From: Gemmatimonadota bacterium
GTDB taxonomy: Bacteria; Gemmatimonadota; Gemmatimonadetes; Gemmatimonadales; GWC2-71-9
NCBI GenBank assembly: GCA_039588295.1
Contig: JBDHAB010000007.1
Location: 96,001 to 160,000, forward strand
Direction: 5' to 3'
Length of the DNA: 64,000 nucleotides
Part shown: one piece after another, positions 23,185 through 32,676 of the stretch
How positions within the stretch are numbered: position 1 is the first letter of the stretch
How the letters are laid out: each line of letters opens with the position of its first letter
Notes under the pieces: generated by a model
Database searches by the model: none
What the model was told of the DNA's origin: nothing
The model's input: the letters and a program-made list of their open reading frames with translations, nothing else
Translations under genes and position numbers: made by a program

Positions 23185-24480
23185 GTGTTCACCCGACGCG
23201 ACTTCGTGCGCTCCATGTTCTCAACGGCGGCGGTATCGCTGCCCGCCCTCAAGAACGACGGCCTCGTCCGCGTCTCGGCACTCGATGGTGCCGCTGCGGG
23301 GCGGAGCCCCGAAGCGATCGCCTCCGACGAAGACTTCTGGTATCAGGTGCAGCAGGCGTTCACGGTCGACCGAAGTCTCGTCAATCTCAACAACGGCGGT
23401 GTGTGCCCCAGCCCTCGGGTCGTGCAGGATGCCATGCGCAGGCACCTGGAGTTCTCGAATCAGGCACCGGTCTACACGATGTGGCGTGTACTCGAACCGC
23501 AGATCGAGAGCGTGCGACAGCGCCTGGCCGGCACGTTCGGCTGCGATCCCGAGGAGATGGCAATCACACGGAACGCGAGCGAAGCGCTGGAAGCCGTACA
23601 GCTCGGGCTCGACCTCCGGTCCGGTGACGAAGTACTCACGACCGACCAGGACTACGGCAGGATGCTTACCACGTGGGACCAGCGTCGTCGTCGCGAGGGT
23701 GTGGTGGTGAAGAGCGTACCATTCCAGACGCCACCTCCCTCGATGCAACATCTGGTGGACATCTTCGAGGAAGCCATCACTCCGCGCACACGGGTCATTC
23801 ACTTCTGCCACATCACGAACCTGTCGGGCCAGATCTTCCCCGTGCGGGACATCTGTCGCCTGGCCCGCTCGCGCGGAATCCCGACGATCGTGGATGGTGC
23901 CCACGCGTTCGCCCACTTTCCGTTCACGCGCGATGATCTGGAGTGCGACTACTACGGCACGTCGCTGCACAAGTGGCTGCTTGCTCCACATGGGACGGGC
24001 TTCCTGTACTGTAAGCGGGAGAACATCGAGAAGGTGTGGCCGCTCATGGCGGCGCCCGAGTCGATGAACGATAACATTCGTAAGTTCGAGGAAATCGGCA
24101 CCCATCCCGCTGCCAATCATAACGCCATCGCGGAAGCGCTCACCTTCCACCAGGGTATCGGTGCGGAGCGCAAGGCGGCCCGGCTCCGCTACCTCAGAGA
24201 TCGGTGGATGAAACGCCTCGACGGGCAGCCTGGAGTGATTCTGCACACGAGCTATGACCCGGCGATGTCATGCGGCCTCGCCAATGTAGGGCTCGAGGGC
24301 GTCGATCCAGGCGCGCTCACCACTCATCTCTGGGCACAGTACCGCATCATCGTGACCCCCATCGGCCATCCCGCCTGTACCGGGATCCGGGTGACTCCCA
24401 ACGTGTACACGACGTTGGAGGAAATAGACCGGTTCGTCGAAGCCATGGAGCTGGTGGTGCAGAAGGGTCTGCCAGCCTAG
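23185..24480 (+). CDS. Tat-exported PLP-dependent aminotransferase class V (isopenicillin N epimerase-like)
   Basis: AAGGAG RBS; twin-arginine signal MFTRRDFVRS; NLNNGG, VDGAHAF and PLP-Lys motif TSLHKWLLAPHGTG. Confidence 0.88.
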   Translation: MFTRRDFVRSMFSTAAVSLPALKNDGLVRVSALDGAAAGRSPEAIASDEDFWYQVQQAFTVDRSLVNLNNGGVCPSPRVVQDAMRRHLEFSNQAPVYTMWRVLEPQIESVRQRLAGTFGCDPEEMAITRNASEALEAVQLGLDLRSGDEVLTTDQDYGRMLTTWDQRRRREGVVVKSVPFQTPPPSMQHLVDIFEEAITPRTRVIHFCHITNLSGQIFPVRDICRLARSRGIPTIVDGAHAFAHFPFTRDDLECDYYGTSLHKWLLAPHGTGFLYCKRENIEKVWPLMAAPESMNDNIRKFEEIGTHPAANHNAIAEALTFHQGIGAERKAARLRYLRDRWMKRLDGQPGVILHTSYDPAMSCGLANVGLEGVDPGALTTHLWAQYRIIVTPIGHPACTGIRVTPNVYTTLEEIDRFVEAMELVVQKGLPA

Positions 24481-24549
24481 GTGTTGCTGGCCGCAATCCG
24501 GTGTCCGTCGCGCCGTTGAGACCGATATCGGATCGCGGCTGGACAACGT

Positions 24550-24818
24550 CTACTCCCTCAAGGGAGCCAACCCCTCTCTGCCGACGGCGCCAACGGCCGT
24601 CTTGACCATCTCGCCCTGCTCGCATCGGCCGAAGAATGGAATCGAGCGAATGCCGCATCGCTGACGCACGCAGGGGGGCGATGGGTGTCTACCTTCGCGA
24701 CGAGTAGCCGCCCGACATTCTGTGATGCGAGCTCGTTGAGCACGGGTGCCATCGTCCAACACGGCCCAGACCAGTCGGCGCAGGTGTCGCCAAGCACGGG
24801 GATATCCGACTTAAGCAC
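24550..24818 (-). pseudogene. Degraded thioredoxin
   Basis: One frame reads VLKSDIPVLGDTCADWSGPCWTMAPVLNELA..GRLLVAKVDT. A frameshift leads to QRCGIRSIP...GEMVKTAVGA. The WCGPC active site reads WSGPC. Confidence 0.75.
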
Positions 24819-24963
24819 ACTGCATGGGGTCGGGATGCCCGGATCTTCCGTGAAGCCGGTTTCACAGTCTCCGTCAGCCGGCGTTCATGCCGGTCCGGTT
24901 AGACTTGACCGCTCGACCTGGGGTACGCAATCGTTGTGTAGACGCGTTGGCGGGAGGCAAACG

Positions 24964-26313
24964 GTGTCGCGATACAAAGGTCGCCAGGTCGGCGACAAGA
25001 CGCTCAAGCCCGAGAGCATGATGATGAGTTACGGGTACGATCCGATGCTCTCGGAAGGGGCGATGAAATGCCCGATTTTCCAAACGTCCACGTTTGTGTT
25101 CAAGACCGCAGAGGATGGCAAGGCGTTCTTCGAGCTCGCGCTGGGGCTGAGGGAGAAAGGGCCGACGGAGGAGCTAGGCCTCATCTACAGCCGGCTCAAC
25201 AATCCGGATCTCGAAATACTCGAGGACCGTCTCTGCCTGTGGGACCAAGGCGAGGAAGCTGCCGTGTTCCAGAGCGGGATGGCCGCCATTGCAACCTGCC
25301 TGCTCGCGTATCTGCGTCCCGGAGACGTCCTGGTTCACAGCGACCCGGTGTACGGAGGCACCGACTACCTGGTCAAACACTACCTCCCCGAGTTCGGCGT
25401 GGACGTCGTGGGGTTCCCTGCCGGCGTACCGAACGCCGACGTGATGGACACGGTTGGCGAGCAAGTCGCCGGTCGGCGGGTACCAGTGATCCTGATCGAA
25501 ACACCCTCCAACCCGACGAATTGTCTCGTGGACATCGAGGGAACCGTGAGCCTCGCGCGAATGCTCGGTTCGGGTGGCGAACGTCCCGTCGTCATGGTCG
25601 ACAACACGTTCCTCGGGCCGTTGTTCCAGCACCCGCTCAGGCATGGTGCCGATCTGGCGATCTACTCGGCTACCAAGTTCCTGGGAGGACACAGCGACGT
25701 GGTGGCCGGTGCGTGTGTGGGAACCGAAGAGGTGGTGGAACGGATCCGCACGCTGCGCACCTTCATCGGCACGGCAGCGGGTCCGTGGACTGGGTGGCTC
25801 CTGCTGCGAAGCCTCGAGACGCTCAAGATGCGCATGACCGCACAAATGAAGAACGCGCAGTACGTCGCGGCGCACCTCAGCGAGCATCCCAAGGTTCGCC
25901 ACGTGAACTACCTCGGTCTGATGTCGGAAGACAACCCGATGTACGAGGTGTACCGCAAGCAATGCGCCGCGCCGGGCTCGCTGATCGCGTTCGAGATTGA
26001 GGGAGGTGAAAAGGAGGCATTCGAATTCTTGAACGCGTTGCAGCTCATCAGCCTCGCCGTGAGCCTTGGCGGCACCGAGTCATTGGCGGAGCACCCGGCG
26101 TCCATGACCCATGCGGATGTCTCGCCGGACGACCGGAAGCGACTTGGCATCACACCATCATTGGTCCGGGTCTCCATCGGCGTCGAGCACTTTGAGGATT
26201 TGATCGCCGACGTCGACCAGGCGTTGGCGGCGGTGGGCAGCCCCAAGAAGACAGCCAAAAAGAAGAAGACCGTCACCGGGCCGGGGTCGGTCAAAGCAAG
26301 AGCCGCGCGCTGA
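24964..26313 (+). CDS. Cystathionine gamma-synthase / methionine gamma-lyase family PLP enzyme
   Basis: GGGAGG RBS and GTG start; PIFQTSTF, YSRLNNP, SGMAAI, VDNTF, YSATKFLGGHSD and AVSLGGTESL. Confidence 0.9.
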   Translation: MSRYKGRQVGDKTLKPESMMMSYGYDPMLSEGAMKCPIFQTSTFVFKTAEDGKAFFELALGLREKGPTEELGLIYSRLNNPDLEILEDRLCLWDQGEEAAVFQSGMAAIATCLLAYLRPGDVLVHSDPVYGGTDYLVKHYLPEFGVDVVGFPAGVPNADVMDTVGEQVAGRRVPVILIETPSNPTNCLVDIEGTVSLARMLGSGGERPVVMVDNTFLGPLFQHPLRHGADLAIYSATKFLGGHSDVVAGACVGTEEVVERIRTLRTFIGTAAGPWTGWLLLRSLETLKMRMTAQMKNAQYVAAHLSEHPKVRHVNYLGLMSEDNPMYEVYRKQCAAPGSLIAFEIEGGEKEAFEFLNALQLISLAVSLGGTESLAEHPASMTHADVSPDDRKRLGITPSLVRVSIGVEHFEDLIADVDQALAAVGSPKKTAKKKKTVTGPGSVKARAAR

Positions 26314-26326
26314 ACGCGCGCGGCTC
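26300..26326. terminator. Hairpin at the end of the PLP enzyme gene, in a convergent region
   Basis: GAGCCGCGCGC-TGAAC-GCGCGCGGCTC followed by CTTACGCTTT. Confidence 0.5.
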
Positions 26327-26368
26327 CTTACGCTTTAATACGGGCGGTTGACCACCGACTGTGGTGGG

Positions 26369-26953
26369 TCAGCCGCTCGCTGTTACGCTCTGCCCGCAGA
26401 CCGTACCGGTGACTGTCAGGTTCGTGAAGTCGATCCCAACGTTCAACGCGCAGGAGCCGGAGCGACCGTCACTCGATGTGTAGCTGAACCCACCTCCCAT
26501 GTTGTAGCTACCACTGATCGCGAATTCCGGCCCGATCGTGACCTCGCCATCGATCGTGATCCTCGGCGCTCCATTCATCGTGAACGTGACGGCGTTGTGG
26601 ACGACGCCACAGTCGTTGATCTCCTCTCGCAGTGTGAAGGTGATCGTGCCCAAGCCGTTCTGGTCCAGGTTGTCGTCGGCATTACCCGACACGGTAACCG
26701 TACCGCCGGCCGGGCAATTGCCGGTGGACTCAGGAATCGGCACGGCCATGATCCCCGCGGGGAGTACGGCGGGTGGAGCTGTGACCCCGCCCAGTGCGGC
26801 TGCGACCGCTGTCTGGAGTTCGGAAAAGACCGCGAACGCCTCGTCGGCCTCCAGTAGGTCACCGCTATTGACGCCGGTCGTGTCTTCGCCGCACGCGGCA
26901 AAGACAAGGGTGAGACCGGCGAGGACGGTGCAGAATCGAGTGGTCTTTCTCAT
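26369..26953 (-). CDS. Hypothetical lipoprotein with four additional Cys in the mature region
   Basis: GGAGG RBS; lipobox in MRKTTRFCTVLAGLTLVFAAC; NCPAGG, NDCG, GSCAL and TVCG. Confidence 0.8.
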   Translation of the reverse strand: MRKTTRFCTVLAGLTLVFAACGEDTTGVNSGDLLEADEAFAVFSELQTAVAAALGGVTAPPAVLPAGIMAVPIPESTGNCPAGGTVTVSGNADDNLDQNGLGTITFTLREEINDCGVVHNAVTFTMNGAPRITIDGEVTIGPEFAISGSYNMGGGFSYTSSDGRSGSCALNVGIDFTNLTVTGTVCGQSVTASG

Positions 26954-26993
26954 GCATCCTCCAGGAGGCTCGGGTAGCTTGGTTTGCGAGCTG

Positions 26994-27008
26994 GCATGCC
27001 TGGTGCCA
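26994..27008 (-). promoter_or_regulatory. Candidate sigma54 (-24/-12) promoter of the lipoprotein gene
   Basis: Minus strand TGGCAC-CAGGC-ATGC (GG-N10-GC), about 40 nt upstream of ATG 26953. Confidence 0.45.
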
Positions 27009-27163
27009 ATCGAAACCAAACTAGAAGGTTCGGGATCGAACGCAATGCCGACGGCCGCCAGCTGCGCTGGAGATCGTGCTGCGCTGCCCAGTATTGTGGC
27101 TGAAGTCGGTGAAACTCGGTGTGACACGCATCACCGGTAGCGGGGCGAGGACGCTGTCCCGCC

Positions 27164-29107
27164 CTACGGCACGACGTTGACCGTTCGCACCCCGTTGGCC
27201 GTCGTCGTGATGAAGCCGATCGTGTCGGCGGTGACGGTCGTGCTCCCCACCGTGAGCGGGTCGAATGCTACCCCACCGGCGGCCACCGAGCTGGGCGTCT
27301 GCGTCGCACCTACGGCGATCTGCACCGTCACCGAGCCGCCCGTGAGCGTGGAAGTCACGAGCTGCCCGACCACGTCGTCACTGCTGGTAACGGTGACTGT
27401 GAGCGCACTGCCACCGGCTCGGATGGCCTGCAATTCGTTCAGGAATGTCTGGCTCCCGTTGGGAACCCCCACTCGCACGACAAACAGATCATCAGCGGCC
27501 CCCACGGTGGGATTGAGGTTGAGCCCGCTGATGTCGAGCGCCGGCTGCACGATGGTCTTCGTCGTCGAGCCGTCGGTAAACCCGCTTGCCCGGGCGGTGA
27601 AGGTCACCGTGCCGGTCTGACCCTCGACGCCCTGGACGTAGTAACTGAAGGTCGTCTGACCATCGGACAGCGAGACGATGATCGACTCGGTGCCCGGTGT
27701 GCTGGCGTCGGGCGCCACCAGGGCGACTGTCGGATTTGAGCTCGTGATCACGACGTCGACGCCGCCGTGATTCGACAACCGCTGCAGGCCCGCCCCCACC
27801 GTCACCGGCGACAGGTTGATCCCCGGCGCCGAGACCGTCACCGTCCGCGTCCCATTCGTCACGGTGGCAAACGCCGGATGCGACGCGGTGACCGTCGTGC
27901 TGCCCGTCGTGAGCGGGTCGAACGCCACCCCGCCGGCCGCCACGCTGCTGGGCGACTGGGTCCCGCCAACCCCGATCTGGACCGTCACCGAGCCGCTCGT
28001 GAGCGTGGAGGTCACGAGTTGGCCGACGGTGGCACTACTGCTCGTGACCGTGACGGTAATCGGGCTGCCGCCGGCCCGGATGGCCTGCAACTCGTTCAGG
28101 AACGTCAGGCCCGCATTCGGCACGCCGACCCGCACGACAAACGGATCGTCCGGCGAGAGCGTGGTGGTGCTGGTGCCGAGCCCGGTGATGTCGAGTCCCG
28201 GCCGCACGATCGTCTTGGTCGCGCTGTTCGTCGTGAAGCCCGGGGCCGACACCGTGAAGGTGGTCGTGGCGGTCCCGGTGTCGGCCACCCCCTCGACGCC
28301 CTGGACGTAGTACACGAAGCTCGTCTGGCCGTCGGGCACGGGCACGGTGATTGACGTGGCGCCCGGTGTCGTGGCGTCGGGTGCGACCTGCGCGACCGCC
28401 GGATCGTCACTCGTGATCACGACGTCGACGCCGCCGTGGTTCGAGGCCCCGAGACTCCCACTCCAGAACCGCTGCAGGCCCGCCCCGACCGTCAATGGCG
28501 ACAGGTTGATCCCCGGCGCCGAGACCGTCACCGTCCGCGCCCCATTCGTCACGGTGGCAAACGCCGGATTTGACGCGGTGACCGTCGTGCTCCCTTCCGC
28601 GAGCGGGTCGAACGCCACCCCGCCGGCCGCCACCGAGCTGGGCGACTGGGTCGCGCCAACCCCGATCTGGACCGTCACGCTCCGACTCGTATCCGGTGTC
28701 GTGACGAGTTGTCCGGCCGGGCTACTACTCGTGACCGTGACGGTAATCGGGTTGCCACCGGCTCGGATGGCCTGCAACTCGTTCAGGAACGTCAGGCCCG
28801 CATTCGGCACGCCGACCCGCACGACAAACGCGTCGTCCGGCGAGAGCGTGGTGGTGCTGGTGCCGAGCCCGGTGATGTCGAGCCCCGGCCGCACGATCGT
28901 CTTGGTCGCGCTGTTCGTCGTGAAGCCCGGGGCCGACACCGTGAAGGTGGTGGTCGCCGTCCCGGTGTCGGCCACCCCCTCGACCCCCTGGACGTAGTAC
29001 ACGAAGCTCGTCTGGCCGTCGGACAGCGAGACGATGATCGACTCGGTGCCCGGTGTGCTGGCGTCGGGCGCCACCAGGGCGACTGTCGGATTTGAGCTCG
29101 TGATCAC
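27164..29107 (-). CDS. C-terminal part of a large Ig-like repeat surface protein (after the frameshift)
   Basis: Three ~230-aa T/V/G/S-rich repeats continuing the upstream ORF in another frame. Confidence 0.75.
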   Translation of the reverse strand: MITSSNPTVALVAPDASTPGTESIIVSLSDGQTSFVYYVQGVEGVADTGTATTTFTVSAPGFTTNSATKTIVRPGLDITGLGTSTTTLSPDDAFVVRVGVPNAGLTFLNELQAIRAGGNPITVTVTSSSPAGQLVTTPDTSRSVTVQIGVGATQSPSSVAAGGVAFDPLAEGSTTVTASNPAFATVTNGARTVTVSAPGINLSPLTVGAGLQRFWSGSLGASNHGGVDVVITSDDPAVAQVAPDATTPGATSITVPVPDGQTSFVYYVQGVEGVADTGTATTTFTVSAPGFTTNSATKTIVRPGLDITGLGTSTTTLSPDDPFVVRVGVPNAGLTFLNELQAIRAGGSPITVTVTSSSATVGQLVTSTLTSGSVTVQIGVGGTQSPSSVAAGGVAFDPLTTGSTTVTASHPAFATVTNGTRTVTVSAPGINLSPVTVGAGLQRLSNHGGVDVVITSSNPTVALVAPDASTPGTESIIVSLSDGQTTFSYYVQGVEGQTGTVTFTARASGFTDGSTTKTIVQPALDISGLNLNPTVGAADDLFVVRVGVPNGSQTFLNELQAIRAGGSALTVTVTSSDDVVGQLVTSTLTGGSVTVQIAVGATQTPSSVAAGGVAFDPLTVGSTTVTADTIGFITTTANGVRTVNVVP

Positions 29108-29888
29108 GACGTCGACGCCGCCGTGATTCGACTCCCGCTCCAGAACCGCTGCAGGCCCGCCCCCACCGTCACGCCCGACAGGTTGATCCCCGGCGCCGAG
29201 ACCGTCACCGTCCGCGCCCCGTTCGTCACGGTGGCAAACGCCGGATTTGACGCGGTGACCGTCGTGCTGCCTGCCGTGAGCGGGTCGAACGCCACCCCGC
29301 CGGCCGCCACGCTGCTGGGCGACTGGGTCCCGCCAACCCCGATCTGCACCGTCACCGAGCCGCTCGTATCCGGTGTCGTGACGAGTTCCCCGACCAGTGG
29401 ATCGCTACTACTGACGGTGATCGTGACCGGGCTGCCGCCGGCCCGGATGGCCTGCAACTCGTTCAGGAACGTCAGGCCCGCATTCGGCACGCCGACCCGC
29501 ACGACAAACGGATCGTCCGGCGAGAGCGTGGTGGTGTTGAGGGTGAGCCCGCTGATGTCGAGCCCCGGCCGCACGATCGTCTTGGTCGCGCTGTTCGTCG
29601 TGAAGCCTGGGGCCGACACCGTGAAGGTGGTGGTCGCCGTCCCGGTGTCGGCTACCGCCTCGACCCCCTGGACGTAGTACACGAAGCTCGTCTGGCCGTC
29701 GAGCAGCGACACGATGATCGAATCGGTGCCCGCGGTGCTGGCGTCGGGCGCCACCTGGGCGACCGCTGGGTTGTCGCTCTTGACCACGACATCCACGCCG
29801 CCGTGATTCGACGCCCCGAGACTTCCACTCCAGAACCGCTGGAGACCCGCCCCGACCGTTACGCCCGACAGGTTGATCCCCGGCGCCG
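27167..29888 (-). repeat. Four tandem ~690-bp (230-aa) intragenic repeats
   Basis: The anchor GGTTGATCCCCGGCGCC recurs at 27814, 28504, 29181 and 29871 (spacings 690, 677, 690). Confidence 0.92.
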
Positions 29889-32676
29889 GGTTCACGGTCA
29901 CGTTGAGGGAGTCTGGATCGACACTCGGCGCTTCCGCGACGACCCAGGTCGTGCACGACAGTGTCGCCGTGCCGGCGTAACTCAGCGTGGATGTAGTGCT
30001 CACCAGCCCCGTCGGGATCGTCACCGGGGAGGTGGCCGCGACGCAGGTCGGATCTCTCGGTGTGAGGGTCACGTCCACGCCGGGTGACGGCGCCGCGATG
30101 GCCGAGCCGCCGCTTTCCAGCTGGACGGTGATGTCCGTGCCGAAACTCGCGTTGATGGTGGCGAAGGTTTGGATGATGTTCAGGTTCGCCGTGGTCGAAA
30201 CGGTCGACTGCGCCGTTCCGAAGTCGGTGGTGGTTCCGGTGACCGTCGCGGTGCCCGGCGACACGCCAGATACGGTTCCATTGGCGGTCTGCAATCCTTC
30301 GGGGATGGTGACGGTCGGCGTCAGCACCCCGACTGCCGCCGGGTCACTGCTCACCAACGTCACGTCCACTCCGCCGGCGGGGGCCGGCGTGGAGATTTGC
30401 ACGGGCATCGATGCCGTCCCGCCCAACGGGACGTTCAGCGTTGCCGGCAGGCTCAGTACCTGCACCGACACGGTCACCAACAACGTGCCCTCGGTGTAGC
30501 CGGGTGCGATGCCGCGTATGACAGAGGTGCCGCCCGCAACACCGGTCAGTGTCGTCTGCCCGGTCGTTTGACCCTCTGGAATTGGCACTACGGGCGTTTC
30601 GACCGCCACGACCGCCGGGTTGTCGGATGTCACGTCGACCACAACACCGCCGACGGGGGCCGGGGCCGTGAGCGTGATGTCGAGTGTCCCCGAGCCGCCC
30701 AGGACAATTCGATCGGTCCCACCCGCCAGTGCGAGGAGCACTGTGGGGTTCGGGAAGATTGCCGTCGCCGTAAACACGACGGGAGTGAGACCCGCAACGG
30801 TCGCGGTTGCGGACTGGTTGATGTCGCCTGTGCCCAACGTCCACACGGTCTGTGACCGTCCTGCGGCGTCGGTCGTGCCGGTGGCGGGTACGACCGATCC
30901 CGTGCGGGAATCCCACAGCACGGTCACGCCGGGTACCGGGTTCCCCCCCGCGTCCTGCACTTCGACCACGAGCGGCTGGGGCAGGGTGGTCCCCGCGTCC
31001 GCTGATTGATCGTCGCCCGACACGAGGATGACCGCTGCCGGCGGGCCGACGGTGCCCGTTGCGGTGAACACCACGTCAGGCAGACCGAGCAGGCTGGCTG
31101 TCAGCGTGTTCGAACCCACCGCGCCAAGGGTCCACGTGCCGACCGATGCAATGCCACTGGCGTCGGTGACCGGGTTGTTGACCTCGATGCTTCCGCCACC
31201 TGCCGTGACGGCGAAGTTCACCGTCACGCCCGCAATCGGGTTGCTCCCTGCGTCGGTTACGAGCACGGTGGGTGCTACGGCAACCGCAGTACCTGCCAGT
31301 GCCGATTGTCCATCGCCGGCGCTGGCGCTCATGGTGGTCGCGCCACCGGGGCCGGTGGCATTGGCGGTGAACACGACCGGCATGAGCGATTCCGCCGTGA
31401 CGCTGAGGGTGTTCACGCCGATCGCGGGCCCGAGTACCCAGCTGCCCACCGCGGCGACGCCATTTGCGTCCGTGACGGGCGTGGCGCCCGTCACGGTCCC
31501 ACCGCCGCCGGTTACGGCGAACGTGACGGTCACGTCCGGCACGGGGTTCCCTTGTGGATCCGTCACCCGCACCGTTGGGGGCGTGCCCACGGCGCTACCT
31601 ACCACTGCGCTCTGGCCGTCACCGTCCACGATCGTTATACCACCGGGTTCCGTGGCTTGACCCGTCGCCGTGAAGGTCGCGGTAACCCCAGGCAACCGGG
31701 CTGTCGTTGCCTGGACGATCTGCGAGCCGATCATCTGGCCGAGAGTCCACTGCACGGACGCGCGCCCAGTGGCGTCAGTGAGTGCAGAATCGGCCGAGAG
31801 CGTGCCGCCTCCCGCGACCACCGTGAACCGCACCCACTGGTCCGCCACACCGATGCCATCGCTCGCCGTGACACGAGCGACGAGGGGGGCGGGTAGCAGG
31901 CTCCCCGGTGGCTCACTCTGTCCCGACCCCGACTCGGCAACCAACGCCGCGGGCGGAAGTTCGACGGTGAGCAACACCGTGTCCGCTTGACCCGTGAGCA
32001 AGGTTGCGGTGATCTGGGTGGTGCCGCGCTCGGTCCCGGCGATGACGAGGCCGAACGCCTCGTCGGGCACTTGGGCCTTGGTGGGATCCGTGGAGGCCCA
32101 GCCGATCGGCGTTCCCGGAAGCGGCTCGTTGCCATCGTCGAATGCTTCGCCCACGAACGTGACCGCGTCGCCTCCAAAGGCCGTCGTGTCGGGCGTGAGG
32201 ATGCGGACGCCGGCTGCGTTCGCGCCGATCCCCGTGTAGACGAGGGGAATGTCGATGGGCGGAACGTTGGTCGGGTCGGTACTGGGTGTGACCGGGATCG
32301 GTCCCGCCCGGAACGCCGTGTCGCCCGCCGGCGTGATCAACTGGATGTTCAGCGTGAGCGTTTCGCCTGCCGCGAGCAGGGCTACCGTGAGCGAGAGATC
32401 AACCGCCGTGTCCCCAGGTTGGATGGGAATGACGGTGTCGAGGACCGGCGCCGTCTGTTCGGCGCGCGTGAGCGTGATGCGGGCTTCCGCCAGCGGGACA
32501 AGCCCAGCGAGCGCGGTCTCGAAGGCCGGAACGAGCGCAAAGTGCCCGGTGACAGGAAGTTGTGGCCCCGCGGCATCGTCGAAGCAAGCGCCGCCGAGCG
32601 TCGCTGCAAGCGCGACGACGGTGGCCAGACCGGAGCGTACGACACGATACCGTAAAAGCCGGGACGTGATTGGCAA
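29104..32676 (-). CDS. Large surface lipoprotein/adhesin with Big_1-like Ig domains, N-terminal part
   Basis: Probable TTG start at 32676 and lipobox LGGAC. Four xGxxQS...(W/V)xLG Big_1-like units, further Ig-like units, then the 230-aa repeats. Confidence 0.8.
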   Translation of the reverse strand: MPITSRLLRYRVVRSGLATVVALAATLGGACFDDAAGPQLPVTGHFALVPAFETALAGLVPLAEARITLTRAEQTAPVLDTVIPIQPGDTAVDLSLTVALLAAGETLTLNIQLITPAGDTAFRAGPIPVTPSTDPTNVPPIDIPLVYTGIGANAAGVRILTPDTTAFGGDAVTFVGEAFDDGNEPLPGTPIGWASTDPTKAQVPDEAFGLVIAGTERGTTQITATLLTGQADTVLLTVELPPAALVAESGSGQSEPPGSLLPAPLVARVTASDGIGVADQWVRFTVVAGGGTLSADSALTDATGRASVQWTLGQMIGSQIVQATTARLPGVTATFTATGQATEPGGITIVDGDGQSAVVGSAVGTPPTVRVTDPQGNPVPDVTVTFAVTGGGGTVTGATPVTDANGVAAVGSWVLGPAIGVNTLSVTAESLMPVVFTANATGPGGATTMSASAGDGQSALAGTAVAVAPTVLVTDAGSNPIAGVTVNFAVTAGGGSIEVNNPVTDASGIASVGTWTLGAVGSNTLTASLLGLPDVVFTATGTVGPPAAVILVSGDDQSADAGTTLPQPLVVEVQDAGGNPVPGVTVLWDSRTGSVVPATGTTDAAGRSQTVWTLGTGDINQSATATVAGLTPVVFTATAIFPNPTVLLALAGGTDRIVLGGSGTLDITLTAPAPVGGVVVDVTSDNPAVVAVETPVVPIPEGQTTGQTTLTGVAGGTSVIRGIAPGYTEGTLLVTVSVQVLSLPATLNVPLGGTASMPVQISTPAPAGGVDVTLVSSDPAAVGVLTPTVTIPEGLQTANGTVSGVSPGTATVTGTTTDFGTAQSTVSTTANLNIIQTFATINASFGTDITVQLESGGSAIAAPSPGVDVTLTPRDPTCVAATSPVTIPTGLVSTTSTLSYAGTATLSCTTWVVAEAPSVDPDSLNVTVNPAPGINLSGVTVGAGLQRFWSGSLGASNHGGVDVVVKSDNPAVAQVAPDASTAGTDSIIVSLLDGQTSFVYYVQGVEAVADTGTATTTFTVSAPGFTTNSATKTIVRPGLDISGLTLNTTTLSPDDPFVVRVGVPNAGLTFLNELQAIRAGGSPVTITVSSSDPLVGELVTTPDTSGSVTVQIGVGGTQSPSSVAAGGVAFDPLTAGSTTVTASNPAFATVTNGARTVTVSAPGINLSGVTVGAGLQRFWSGSRITAASTS

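Noticed and set aside
27167..29888. Long repeats considered as a CRISPR array or DGR template/variable repeat
   Set aside because: The units are 690-bp in-frame coding repeats with no spacers, and there is no cas or reverse transcriptase gene in the window.
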